Notes: generated by a model from the letters alone, not told the origin. 64,000 nucleotides of DNA from Octopus vulgaris (GCA_951406725.2 OX597824.1:3162001-3226000); one strand, 5' to 3'; shown: positions 39,210 through 52,780, counted from the stretch's first letter. Numbers and translations: made by a program.

Positions 39210-39660
39210 CCGATACACACAGATAGAGAAATTAAGGCCAACAGACCAGATATAGTTGTCAGAGATCATGAAGAAAAAAAATGCTTTCTAATTGATGTAT
39301 CAATACCGGCAGATGACAACGTGTCTCTAAAAGAAATGGAGAAACTCTCAAAATACAAAGACCTGGAAATAGAGGTAACTAGAATGTGGAATCTGAAAAC
39401 AGAAACAATTCCTATCATAGTAGGTGCATTAGGCATGATAAAAAAATATTCAGACAAATACATAACAAAAACACCAGGACTTACAAACACATATAACATA
39501 CAGAAAATTGCACTACTAGGCACTGCACACATCCTACGCAGAACACTTTCCATACAATAACCATCAGAGCATCACAACAAATCACAGCACATACCCAAGG
39601 CACACAGAGCTGCGCTCGGTAGTGAAGTGAAAGCACGCTATAAAAATAAAACTACTGAAT
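39207..39660 (+). mobile_element. 3' end of an R4/Dong-like LINE inserted in (AAT)n
   Basis: Open frame MPIHTDREIKANRPDIVV..CFLIDVSIP..EKLSKYKDLEIEV.RMW..IQKIALLGTAHILRRTL (PD-D-K endonuclease), short 3' UTR, (AAT)n on both sides. Confidence 0.9.
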
Positions 39661-39664
39661 AATG

Positions 39665-39731
<67 letters not shown>

Positions 39732-39735
39732 TAAC

Positions 39736-39884
<149 letters not shown>

Positions 39885-40621
39885 GCCCTGATGCAGTACC
39901 AGACAGTGGCTCTCATGGCTTCTGATCTTAAGTGATTGGAAGTGTTATCATGTATATTGTTTTGTCTTGGTATAAAAGATAGGCTACAGCAAATATTCTG
40001 CTCAATACCACAGATTTGCTTGTCAGTTGTTTGACCTTAACCAGTTGACCATGTCTCTTAGTGGCTGACGATATGTGCATCTCTGATCACGAGCAGAAGT
40101 AGTGGGGGAGCATCATACCGTGTGTTGAAAGGAATTCTTTGGGGTTTGCATAATTCATCTCTGGAAACATAGGCGTTTCATTCAACATCCTTGAACAACC
40201 CTTATTCAGGGACTCTTAGAATGCCCTATAGAGCTCTTACAGAAAGTTTGTCTCTTAAGCACTTAAGAGTTATTAAGGGTTTCAAGCAGTTGAAAAACTG
40301 CTGAAAACTTGTGGATACCTAAGGTTACAGGTAGTAACGCACTACCCAGATGAACCATACCAGGAATAATTCCAAACCTGAGCCAAACCAAAATAACAAT
40401 AATTACTATTATTATTATCTGGCCTTATTACTTCCAACTCATTAGGTTCAGAGTTCAAAAACTGCTAAGGTCAACATTGTCTTTCCTCATTTCAAGGTTG
40501 AGGAGTTAAAGTAACACTTAAATACCGGGATCAATATAAACGATTTTCCCTCAGACCCTAAAATTCCCAGCCTTTTGCCAAAATTTGAATGCATTGTTAT
40601 TAACATTATTAAAATTGATTA

Positions 40622-40687
<66 letters not shown>

Positions 40688-41030
40688 CTGTTGTTGATGT
40701 AGTGTTGCTAATTAAATGAGTTACAACTGAATTAAACGTTCATCCTTGTAATCCAACCATGGGGTACCTTCAGTTGAAAGAAAGTCTGAGGTCTGCTTAA
40801 AACTGCATTTACTAAAATACTGACGGAAATACCAATAATTTTTTCCAGAATAGGAACAAAGCCTGTTTTTATAGGGCAAAAATACGGATTCATTGCTTGA
40901 TAACCAGGTGGCTTTAAGTTCAATCCCACATTGTGATGTCTGGGATAAATGCCTTCTACTTTGACCTTAAATTGACCAATTCTTTGTTGTGAGTGAGACT
41001 GGCAGATGGAAACTGTACAGAAGCCTATTG

Positions 41031-41062
<32 letters not shown>

Positions 41063-41549
41063 CTTGTATGTGTGTGTGTGCGTATGTATTTGTGTATTTG
41101 CATATGTATGCACGTGTGTATGTATACATGTCTGTCTTCACATTGACACCCCTTGGATTGCAGTGAAATTTATTTACATCTTACTTAACATGTCCTGCAA
41201 CTTGGCAGATTACACGCTGGAAACATTTACCCTGTTCCTCATCTCTCTCTTTCTCTCTCTCCTTTACCCCTCCTCTCTCTCTCTCTGCCTCACTCCTTCT
41301 CTTTTCTTCCCCTAGACTCAATCTTTAACATCACTGAATATAATAGTTAAACCTCCACAAATTACAAAGCAGAAATATGTATTGAACGCCAATCATTAAG
41401 ATTATTATAACTGTTGTTGTTGCTGTTGTTGTTGTTGTTTTTGTTACTATTATTGCCATCATTGTTATTGTTATCATTATTGTTGTCATTATTACTATAA
41501 TTATTAATATTAACATTATTTCGATTGTTGTTCCAGTCATTCCCATTAT

Positions 41550-41632
<83 letters not shown>

Positions 41633-41643
41633 TATTATTATTA

Positions 41644-41719
<76 letters not shown>

Positions 41720-41807
41720 CATTATTCCACCACAGAATTACATGACATTTACCACTTATAAACACACAAGAGCGTCTGTACTTATCTTGAATTCAAATTT
41801 ATTTCAG

Positions 41808-41836
41808 TGCGAGCTGAAGAAGTGAATATCTGCAAG
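41808..41836 (+). CDS. CPNE8: Copine 29-nt micro-exon (linker): LRAEEVNICK
   Basis: tttatttcAG acceptor, AAG|GTAAAT donor. AEE...C motif, phase 1 to 0. Confidence 0.86.
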
Positions 41837-42840
41837 GTAAATTTCTATATCGCTTTAATCTCTTCCGAACGTTTTTTTTATAGCTTTATGTTTCCATATG
41901 TATTTTGTTTTGTTTTCTTTGTTTGCTTGTTTTTTAATTAGTTCTATTTTGGTTTCTTAAATTAAAAAAACACTTTTTTGTGGCAAAAATACTGTTACAC
42001 TTAAAAGGTAGACACTTATAAGAGTTTAAAGTTTTATGCAACCATTTCTCTTCTCATTTATGGACATTGTGCAAGTAGTTCGTTTCGTGTGTGTGTGTGT
42101 GTTTTGTGTGTGTCTATTGGATTTATTCATAAAATATAATTATGAATGTATTACTAAGAAAGTATGAAACTTTCGTCAGAGACCATGATCGGTTTTGTTC
42201 CATGATGGACGCATGTCCTTCCTAGTACTTCAGTTTAATGACTGGAACACGTAAAAGAAAAAAGAATATGTACATACATATATTCGTATATATACATACA
42301 CACACACACACATGTATATATTGGTCTCTGACCACCCTTGTAGTTCTTCACCCCTTTATATTTCTTTATTCCTTTATATTTTCTTTAATTTCCTTATCCT
42401 TATTTTTTTCGTCTTTATTTTTCGCTTCTTTATCTTTATCGATATTTATTTATATTCCCATGTTTTTTTCACGTCTGTGTGTATTTATATATTTATATAT
42501 TTATATATTTATATACTTAGATACTTTTTTTATATTCTTATATTTTTTATATATATTTTAAATTTTTACTCCTTTGTAATTTTTTACTCTTTTACTACCT
42601 TTCGCACCTACTACCCTCCCTCTTTGTGATCCCTAACTCACTAAAGCTCCACCACCCCCCTAACTCCTTCCCTCTCTATCTCAACATCCAGCTTCCTCAT
42701 TCTTCATCGAGTGAAAGACAGGATGGACGCTTTCATTTTGTTTTGGTGCCTCGCTCTGTCGTAGGCGACTATGAGAATGGATTTTCATCCCCAACGTAAA
42801 ACTTATAATGTAATACATGTCCTTGAGGTAGTAATTGTAC

Positions 42841-42927
42841 GCGGCTGAACAAGGCTATAGACACACATATACATTAATTATGCATTGTTATAAACCGTCT
42901 AATAAAGGCCCGAAACATATGTACCGC
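42841..42927 (+). ncRNA. Hammerhead-like motif with long stem II; core position 8 altered
   Basis: GCGG CUGAACA A GGCUAUAGAC...GUCUAAUAAAGGCCC GAA ACAUAUGU A CCGC. 4-bp GC stem I, palindromic stem III, about 35 nt before a (TA)n tract. Confidence 0.6.
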
Positions 42928-42958
42928 TAAATCCTTTGCATCTTTTTTTTATTTTTTG

Positions 42959-43019
<61 letters not shown>

Positions 43020-43022
<3 letters not shown>

Positions 43023-43240
43023 CATCCTGTTGAATCATTAATCCGTACACATTTTTTTCTCTCTCCGATTTTTTATCCCTTCTCTCTCTCCATTTTCTTT
43101 TCCTTTCAATCCTTTCTGCTGAAGAGCGTAGGTTCGAAACGTCAAACACTTTTCTGTTATTCCCGAGCGTTAAACCAATGCACCTGCTTGTTGTTCCCTC
43201 ACCTGTCTTCATCTTTTGTTTTCTGTAAATTTGAACCATA
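43020..43240 (+). repeat. Diverged copy of the 29108 family with minimal hammerhead-like motif (43113-43146)
   Basis: UUU CUGCUGA A GAGC guag GUUC GAA ACGU C AAA; flanked by (TA)n. Confidence 0.65.
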
Positions 43241-43694
43241 TATATATATATATATGTACATGCATACATGTGTGCATGAATATATGTATGTGATCATATA
43301 TGTATGTATGTATGTATGTGTGCATACTGAGATTTCAAACTATTGCTATTCCAAGTTTCCTATTACGCTAAAGAAACAGATGTGTGTGTGCATACACATA
43401 CACACGCACGCACACCCACAAATACACACACAAACACACATATGCATATCTGTGTATGTGTGTGTAAAGATATATATATATATATATTGAGGTTTGGAGA
43501 CAGGGATCTAGGCAGATTTCTATGACATGCCTTGTCTCTTCAAGCACTCGTCACCGCTCAGAATCCGAAGATTCCTTAGAAACACAAGGCATGTTATAAA
43601 AGACCAATAATTGCTGTCTAGACCTATTTTTCGAAAGCAAGTAACAATCAGTCACTCATATCTTTATGCTGTGTACTTTAAATTATAAACTTGG

Positions 43695-44185
43695 TTTGAT
43701 CAATAAGTATCCGGATTGTTGCCATAGCAATGAAGCTAAATCACGCAGAGTAAAGCTGCTGGGTACAGATTGACCTTAATATTTGCTGTGAATGCACACA
43801 AGGTTTTAACTTTCTAGCTCACTTCCGCGATTTACAGCAGTGCTTGGAAGGAAGGTGTGTAGCGTGCGATCGTTGCATTGAATATGACAGAGAAAGTTGA
43901 GCAGAGAAACTGCTTCAAGTTTTTCCAAAATCTTGGCAATACCTGCTCAGGGGCCTACGCAAAGTTTTCAAAATGTTTTCATCGTTCTTGACACAATCAA
44001 AGAGATCTTGTGCAACTGAAACCTGAGTGTGCTTTTGGTCAGCTGTAAGTAGTTTTGGCACAAACTTGGCAGACAGGCATCACATACCCAAATCTTCGGA
44101 CTGAACTGAAGCGTAACTAATCCGCACATCTTCTGATAACTCACGGATGGTGATTCGACTTTCCTCTCACTTGCTCCACTTCATT
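43695..44185 (-). mobile_element. Partial copy of the 31030 mariner-derived element, opposite orientation
   Basis: 43695-43965 matches the arm at 31036-31275 directly; 43965-44185 is the reverse complement of 31420-31650. Confidence 0.8.
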
Positions 44186-44304
44186 CTGCCCTTCTATGAT
44201 GTGTATCCTTATGTGCACATAAGGATACACATATGTTTCAACATACAATTTCACATCAGGAATCTTGCAACACAAATTGGTAAAAGTATATATATATATA
44301 TATA

Positions 44305-44504
44305 TAGTCGATCCAAATATGAACAAGCAAGAAAAAACAACAACGCCAGGACGTGGAATACGTACAGCGTTATTGGACGCTCAGGAAAGGAAAGAAAAGA
44401 AAGAGGATTTCACGTTTCGAGCGGTGCTCTTCCTCAGAAATACAGAAAAAAATGTCCAAAATAGGGAAGACAGAGAAAGAAAATCGCCAACAATACACAC
44501 GCGG

Positions 44505-44505
<1 letters not shown>
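44305..44505 (-). repeat. Related repeat with minimal hammerhead-like motif (44407-44441)
   Basis: RNA: AUUU CUGAGGA A GAGC acc GCUC GAA ACGU G AAAU. Canonical CUGANGA but a GUG triplet; flanked by (TA)n. Confidence 0.65.
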
Positions 44506-44569
<64 letters not shown>

Positions 44570-44911
44570 TGTACATACACTTCGAAGCATGCACACACAT
44601 ACCTATGTAATGAAGACAGTTATTTACTCCTCCTGCCATTAACCATGAAGAAACATACCATGCTAAATGATGATCATGTTAAATGATTGATCATGCTAAA
44701 TGATTGATCATGCTAAATGACTGGTCATGATTTCTTGTATGATTCTATTCTAATAATTATTTATACTTTCCTTTTAAAATTCTCTTAATAATTCTCTTCT
44801 ACATATTTATCGCATCACTTAATTGTCTCAGCAAAAGTTGTTGCTTTCAATTCCGAGTATAAAGTTTCAAGCACTGAATGAGAATATTAAAACATAAAAA
44901 AACTAATTCTC

Positions 44912-44995
<84 letters not shown>

Positions 44996-45060
44996 TATAA
45001 ATACATATATATATATATGTGTGTGTGTGTGTATATATATTTATATATATATATACATAT

Positions 45061-45122
45061 ATATAATATTAATTAGAGACAAAACCACTATTATGTGGTT
45101 TTGTCTCTAATTAATATTATAT
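45061..45122. repeat. Perfect 28-bp-arm hairpin
   Basis: ATATAATATTAATTAGAGACAAAACCAC tattat GTGGTTTTGTCTCTAATTAATATTATAT. One arm resembles 13092-13120. Confidence 0.9.
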
Positions 45123-45203
45123 TATATTTTACTATAAAATTGGATTCAATCCTAAATCTGATTTTTCCCTGTAAATTTGGATTTATTCCCTAATATTTAT
45201 TAT

Positions 45204-45272
<69 letters not shown>

Positions 45273-45302
45273 ATATATATACATACATATATATATATAT
45301 AC

Positions 45303-45337
<35 letters not shown>

Positions 45338-46564
45338 TGTATCACTCATCAAAGTTATATCTCTTTATTTGCTCTTAAAAATGGTGAATTGTAGTTAATT
45401 GTTATCCTTCTGTTTTACGGAGGACTAAAAGAAATATTGCTGATAAAAATATTAATTCTTCCTGCCATCAACATCAACCGTCATTTCATGTTTTTTTTTC
45501 TTTTTTAATTTTCTTTTATATTTTCTTTTCTTTCATATTCTCCTATCTTTTTCCTTTCCATCGTTGTTTATGGTTTTGCACTGTTCACACATCTGTTTGA
45601 TTTGAATTTCTTGTCTTTGTATTTTTCTCTCTTTCTTTTCCCATTTTCTGCGTGTGCCTTTCTCTTTCTGTCTTTATCTCTAATTTTCTCTCTTCCATTC
45701 CAACTCCTTCTTCCCCACATACAGCAACAATTTCTTTCTTTTCCTATCACCATTTCTCTAACTCACCAACTCGTTACCATTGTCAGCACTATAATAGCTA
45801 CACTAAAATGACAGACATTATATAAATCATGATATATCATAAGTCTTCTTGATTTCTCTCTAGGATTCCTGCCATGTTATAGCAGGATTAATTTCTAAGT
45901 AGAAATGACAGTTCTTTAATATTTTATCCCAAAACCAGCATTAGTATTTCTACTAAGAATTTCTTACATTGGCACTGGGCCACACATTTACAGGAGAGTG
46001 GTGGGGGATAATCAGATAAATTGCCCTGGAAAATTACTGGTAATTATTTTATAGAGTATAAAGTCTATCGAAGAAGAATTTGAACTCATAACCTTTCGTA
46101 CAATTTCAAATTATTAAAAACTTTTACATAAAAAACCTTTGCTAATAACACCGCATATTGTCATCAACAATATCCTTCCTCCCATTCTTCCTTGAACCCA
46201 CATCTTCTGATGGCATCACAAAGACTTTGTCACATCTTTTGCTCATGTCTTGCATTTCCTTCATAAGTGCTTTGTTACCAAAATCTTAATTCAAAACATA
46301 GACACATTGAAGGAATAGGTGAGAAGACGTCAGTCCTTGGTTCTTGATTGGTTCTAAATTTCATTCTCTGAAAGTACGAATTGGTTGACCTCTGTAGAAA
46401 TTGAACCCAGAACAATGCCTTGAAATACTTATCAGAGCACCAGATTCAGTATCAGGCCTTGCATTGCACATTGTCTCCATTCAACGTCCATGTTGTGCTG
46501 CCATGCAACATCACACTTTGCACACAAACATACATTTGAAGAAGACAGTAACGAGGTTATTGTA

Positions 46565-47512
46565 TACACTGCTCAGGTGCACCACAAATACTCACGCACA
46601 CTACGACTTCTCAGACGCAGTACAACTGCTCAGACACACTGCATCTACTAGGCACACTACAACTGCTCAGGCACACTAAAATTGGTCAGGCACATTGCAA
46701 CTATTCAGGCACACTACAACTATTCAGACAAGCTATGACCACTCAGGTGCACTACAACTGCTCCAGGATACTACAACTGCTCAGACACACTACAACTTCT
46801 CAGGCAGACTACAATTGCTTCGGCATACTACAACTGCTCAGGCACATTACGAATGCTCAGGCACACTACAACTGCTCAAGCACACTACAACTGCTCAGGT
46901 GCAGTACAACTTCTCAGGCACAATACAACTGCTCAGGCACATTAAATCCGCTCGGGTACACTACAACTGCTCATGCGCATTACAACTACTCAGACATACT
47001 AAAACTGCTCAGACACACTACAGCTGCTAGGGTGCACTACAAATGCTCAGGCACACTGAAACTGCTCAAGCACACTACAACTGCTCAGGTGCAGTACAAC
47101 TGCTCAGGCACACTACAACTGCTCATGCGCATTACAACTACTCAGGCATACTAAAACTGCTCAGACACACTACAAGTGCTAGGGCGCACTACAAATGCTC
47201 AGGCACACTGAAACTGCTCAGGCATAATATAACTACTCAGAAGCACTATAATTGATCAGGCACAATATAACTGCTTAGGCACACTACAACCGCTCAGGCA
47301 CACTACAACAGAGCAGGCACATTACAATTGCTCATGCACACTAAAACTGCTCAGGCACATTACAGTTACTCAGGCTCATTGCAACTGCTCAGAGACACTG
47401 CAACGTATCAAGTACACTACAACTGCTCAGGCACACCACAACTGCTCAGGCATACTACAACTGCTCAGTGCTCTACAACTGCTCAAGTGCTCAGCAACTG
47501 CTCAAATACATA
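46565..47512. repeat. 19-bp minisatellite (CACACTACAACTGCTCAGG)n, about 50 diverged units
   Basis: Direct 19-nt periodicity, with variant blocks recurring at about 190 and 152 nt. Confidence 0.95.
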
Positions 47513-47621
47513 ACTTCATCATTCTTCACATGCAAAATATGTTTTTATGAAAGTTAATGCATTAAAATTCATTCAGCAACTGAAGTGTGTGATAACAATT
47601 GTTTGTTTTTATTTGTTTTAG

Positions 47622-47725
47622 GACAAATTAACTTTACAGTTCCAAGCTACCAACTTGGACAAAAAAGATTTCTTCGGAAAATCAGATCCCTTTTTAATAT
47701 TCTACCGTGCTAATGAAGATAGAAG
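47622..47725 (+). CDS. CPNE8: Copine exon, C2B start: [34 protein letters not shown](S)
   Basis: tttgttttAG acceptor, AG|GTTAGT donor. [14 protein letters not shown] is the copine C2B hallmark. Confidence 0.96.
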
Positions 47726-47791
47726 GTTAGTATGTGTTTTTGTTAATTTGAAATAACTGGTTTCATCATTGTTAAAATGCTATCATTTCAG

Positions 47792-47857
47792 GGTAACAAG
47801 TATTAAAGGAAAATCAAATCCCTTTTTAATATTCTACTGTGCTAATAAAGCTAGCAG
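47792..47857 (+). other. Partial tandem duplicate of the preceding exon; candidate 66-nt cassette exon or pseudo-exon: (R)VTSIKGKSNPFLIFYCANKAS
   Basis: 47808-47862 is a near copy of 47676-47730, including the AG|GTTAG donor. It has its own tcatttcAG acceptor, is 66 nt, phase 2 to 2, with no stop. The duplication is certain; its use in splicing is unproven. Confidence 0.6.
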
Positions 47858-48159
47858 GTTAGGTTGGTGGGAAATCAGATCCCAAATTAAGCAGTTTAAT
47901 TTCTTGCTAGGAAAAATAATATGAATTTAAAGGGACAAATATTGAAGGACAAAAAGAAAGTCTCTGCTGAGAAATAAACAAAAGACTGAGGCCAATTATT
48001 GTGCTCCGTGAAGGCAGCAAAACTCAATAACGTTTTGCAAATATTAAAGAAAAAAAACCATTGCTCCAAAACATTAGAATTCATATGACAGGTCATAGCT
48101 GGAATGTCTTTCATCATTGGTTTGACAACTGGTCTAAACAACAATACTACATTAGCCAA

Positions 48160-48317
48160 TAGGAGTGGCTGTGTGGTAAGTAGTTTGCTTACGAACTACA
48201 TGGTTCCGGGTTCAGTCCCACTGCGTGGCACCTTGCGCAAGTGTCTTCTACTATAGCCTCGGGCCAACCAAAGCCTTGTGAGTGGATTTGGTATACGGAA
48301 ACTGAAAGAAGCCCGTC

Positions 48318-48361
<44 letters not shown>

Positions 48362-48558
48362 GTGTGTGTGTGTCTGTTTGTCCCCCAACATCGTTTGGCA
48401 ACTGATGCTAGTGTGTTTACGTCGCCGTAACTTAGCGGTTCGTCAAAAGAGACTGATAGAATAAGTACTAGGTTTACAAAGAATAAGTTTTGGGGGTCGA
48501 TGTGCTCGACTAAAGGTGGTGCTCCAGCATGGCCGCAGTTAAATGAGTAAAAGAGAGC
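48160..48558 (+). mobile_element. SINE family A, near full length
   Basis: Aligns with 12608-13030. Confidence 0.88.
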
Positions 48559-49302
48559 AATGAAGGAGACTCTACTTAGTTGCTGAGCCTGCTAGAAACA
48601 GCAACCAAATCTCACTCAATTTCCCATCATGTTATCTTTCAAAAGGACGGTAACATTAGTTAATATAATCCTGGGTGTACTGTGTCCAGGGGAAAAGTAG
48701 GATTTTTATAACTGGAGTACTTTTTTTATGAGAAGCCTGCATTATCCGACTTGGTCCCACCTAAGACAGAAAACACAACACTGAATACAAATATATTCAG
48801 ATTTTCACATTTCCTATTACCCAATATTATCTTCAGATAATACACTAAAAGCATAAATGTTATAACATCTTATTTCTCATTCTTCATTCCCTAAAAGCAA
48901 AACAAACAAAAAAGTAAATGCTTATCTTTGTTTTCTGTTGATATCTAAATATTTAAAATGTAGTAACATTTTGTTTAATAGACATTGGTGTTACTGTCCT
49001 TGATACTTTAGCTTACATTTTGAACAACTTTACAGGGTGTTTTTGTCGACTAATTTCCTGGATAACCTCAATTGATAGAAGTTTCTGTTTCACTATAATA
49101 CATATGTAAAACTTTGCTGTTTTTGCATTTAGCAGACACCCCACCCGTTCCTGAGGTATTTTTCTTCACCCATATTTTTGCTGCAATCATCAAACTCATG
49201 GTCATCTAACAATCTAGAATTTTCCCACTTGATACTATATTCAGTTGACTTTTTATCATATTAAAATCCATGATTAGCAGAAGAACGATGACAGAATACA
49301 TT

Positions 49303-49710
49303 CCAGTGGTTTGGGCAGCGGACTCGCGGTCGTAGGATCGCGGTTTCGATTCCCAGACAAGGCGTTGTGAGTGTTTATTGAGCGAAAACGCCTGAAGCCC
49401 CACGAGGCTTCGGCAGGGGGTGGTGGCGATCCCTGCTGTACTCTTTCGCCACAACTTTCTCTCATTCTTTCTAAGGCGGTGAGCAGGCAGAATCGTTAGC
49501 AAGCCGGGCGAAATGCTTAGCGGTAGTTCGTCTGCCGCTACGTTCTGAGTTCAAATTCCTCCGAGGTCGACTTTGCCTTTCATCCTTTCGGGGTCGATTA
49601 AATAAGTACCAGTTGCGCACTGGGGTCGATGTAATCGACTTAACCCGTTTATCTGTCCTTGTTTGTCTCCTCTATGTTTAGCCCCTTGTGGACAGTAAAG
49701 AAATAAGAAT
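49303..49710 (+). mobile_element. Adjacent/nested SINEs: 5' half of the 5191-type SINE followed by a full SINE family B
   Basis: 49303-49472 matches the reverse complement of 5365-5540; 49473-49710 matches 9381-9591. Confidence 0.82.
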
Positions 49711-50758
49711 ACATTCCCGGCAAGCTTCAGTGGTGAAGGCTAAGTATCTAGTGTTTTCATTTTCCCTGTTCACACAGCAACTGGACAACGGGTTAACGCT
49801 TGCAAAAATCCAAATAGAGTTCTCTGAGATCCTGTAGAATTTTTTTTATTTTTTGATAATCTTTGTAGATATTCGATGAATGTTGTTGAATATTTTTTTG
49901 AAGTCACTAAAATTTATTGACGATGGTCACTGGTATTCCACTGTTCATTGACATTCGACGTTGTAAAGAAATCTGAATGAGATGATTCAATGCAGCGATT
50001 ACAAAGACTATTGAGAATGACCAGAAACAAGGGACACAACGTTAATGGCGGGTTGAAGGTCAGACGATTGAAGGCACGATATGATTTGTATAACTTGGTA
50101 GAACTGGAGTCACAGAAACCATGGTCAAATACAGAATTGGTAAAGACGACAGTTGTATTTCAGAAAATGTGAAACGATCTGGTACTAAAACCTGCTGGTC
50201 TCCAGCATCGAGATCCGTCCTCTACAATAGCATTTCACTACAAATGGTATTAAATGAACAAGCATGAATGGGATGAATTACCTTATTTTTCAATATTGAA
50301 GACCACAGCCTCCAGCTTGTGTGGTTCATTGTACAGGCTGTGATATTTAGTGAAATGAAACTTATTTGTCAGAACATTAAGGAATAGTCAATCAAACTAT
50401 GTCATACCTGTGGCTATACAAATGTAAAATGAAAACAGTTTCTTTGTGTTGCCTCACATTGATTTATAAAGATATTTCAAATAATCATTTATTTGGTTTG
50501 AATAGGCAGCCCAAAGCATATTGTCTGCTACTTAAATGATGTTGAAATAACTTCGAAAATATCCAATGGTTGTTTATAAATTCAAACTTTTTATGGCTTC
50601 CGTTTTTCTAATGCTTTGTGAGTAACCAAAATGAAAAAGAATAAATGAAATATGTATTTTATTATTTCTGTGTTTGGAGTGATGGACTGGCAAAATTGCA
50701 AGAATATTTGACAAAATTACTTGTGGTACCTTGTTACAGTCCAATACATTCTGAGTTT

Positions 50759-51260
50759 ATCTTTATATATATAAAACTGAGAATGTGTGTCTGTCTGTCT
50801 TTCTTTCTGTGTGTGTGTGTTTCCCTAAAACTTGAGAACTACACAACCAATTTCCTTCAAATTTTACACATGCCTTACTTAGGGTTCGGAGAGTGTCATC
50901 GGCAAAAAAGATTTTGAACTTTTTATCATATCTTCTCCACTACGATTCCCTAAAACTTGAAAACTACACAACCAATTCCATTCAAATTTTACACATGCCT
51001 TACTTAGGGTCCATGTAGTTTCATGGGCAAAAAGAAATGTTCAACTTCTTGCCTAGAGCGAGCCCATAGCAATATCATATCTTCTCCACTATTTCAGTAA
51101 TACGTGTTAAAAGTGAAACAAAAACGTTTCTCCAATTTATGTCAGATACTTTCACTTTAACAATAAAAATAGTAATAACAATTGAATTATATGTAGTAAT
51201 AATTAAAATCAAACTAAAGTAACTTAACAAAAGTAAAAATAGTAATTGGTATAAAATTGC
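50759..51260 (+). mobile_element. Possible non-autonomous Helitron-like fragment with internal ~125-bp duplication
   Basis: Begins A|TCTTTATATATATAAAA followed by TGTC/TG repeats; CCCTAAAACTTGA.AACTACACAACCAATT...CTTACTTAGGGT is present twice. No 3' CTRR terminus identified. Confidence 0.45.
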
Positions 51261-51277
51261 ATCAATATATATGTGTG

Positions 51278-51354
<77 letters not shown>

Positions 51355-51374
51355 ACATCTATGCGTGAATAAAT

Positions 51375-51413
<39 letters not shown>

Positions 51414-52359
51414 TACATATATATGTATATATGTGTGTTTGTGTGTGTGTGGTGTGTGTGTGTGTGTTTTTGTGTATGCTTGGATGTATACTACAGGCTT
51501 CTTTCATTTTCCATCTATTAAATCCACTTACATGGTTTTGTTCAACAAAGCATTTGATGAAGGTGCCATACAGTGAGATTGAACCTGAAACCAAACGGTT
51601 GGAAAGTATGCCGCCTTTTTAATAGCATAACCATGCCTACACCTATTTTCATTATACATTTCAATGCTGGATTAAATTACTTTCAGTTTCTAGTCATTTT
51701 TCTTTATACTCTGATCTAGAATTCCACCAATATTAAATTTGTCGTTCATCTTATAATGAGTAACTGTTGTTGTTTTGGCCATGATGTCAGACCTTTGATC
51801 AAAAATGCATTCCATCTGTGACCATCTCATTGGATGAACATTAAGATCAATCTTATGATCAAATATTTTCCAGTTGCGACCATCTTATCCATTTTATCTA
51901 CACTAGCATTTCCTTGTTTAAGACAGTAAGCTAGGATTTACGAAAAACAAAATCCGACTGCCATATCTAGAAGGTTAAGCGACCGCATAAAGGCCTCCCT
52001 TGTTTGTTTTTCTCACATTTAGTTTGAATCTTGTCTTGGCCAAGACATTACATTACTTCAAGGAATGAGGCTCCAGCTTGGCAAGTTCAAGAGTTTGAGG
52101 AATATGAAATTACGCTTAGTCGTCACCAATACTCTTTGTTCTGCGCTGGTCTGGAGCGGTAGTATCCATGAATGGTCCCAGTTACAGGTCAGATATACAG
52201 AACGCAAAGGAGGGCTGACAACTAGACATGTATTACATAGAGTATGTTAAATGTCCAGCCGTGTGTGGACATGCTTTGATGTCTTATGAACCAGTTGACC
52301 TGCCTAAAAATTGAATAGGACTTGTGCCTCAAAGACATGCTCAAGGGAGCAAATGACAG

Positions 52360-52780
52360 AGTTAGTTAGTTAATTAGTAAATTTTTTGGCTCAAAAAGCA
52401 AAAAGCAAGGCCATGTAGGGGGACATGGAGTTATGTACCGGGTGGTGTTCATGTAAAGAGTTCAGGCCACTTGATGTCAAGGGAGACTTTGAACCGAGCG
52501 GTCGTCGGCATCTTCACCATCTCGTCTGGCAACTTATTCCACGGATCCGCAACCCGGACGGAGAAAGCCCCTCTCCTTCGATTGAGATGAAATCGTCGCA
52601 GATAGAGCTTTTCGGAATGACCCCGCAGCCGACGCTCTGGAGCAGGAGTAAAGAACAGCTCTTTCGAGAGGTTACACTTTCCGCTTATGATGTTGTGAGC
52701 AAGAATGAGATCACCACGGCGTCGTCGTTTTTCTAGAGAATAAAGGTCGAGCGTCTTCAGCCTTTCTTCATAAGACTGTC
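52360..52780 (-). mobile_element. 3' end of a CR1/L2-type LINE
   Basis: Minus-strand peptide YEERLKTLDLYSLEKRRRRGDLILAHNIISG, short 3' UTR and (AACT)n tail. Confidence 0.8.

Noticed and set aside
46695-47255. Repetitive ORFs (HYNCSGTLQLLRHTTTAQ)
   Set aside because: Translation of the 19-bp minisatellite in several frames.
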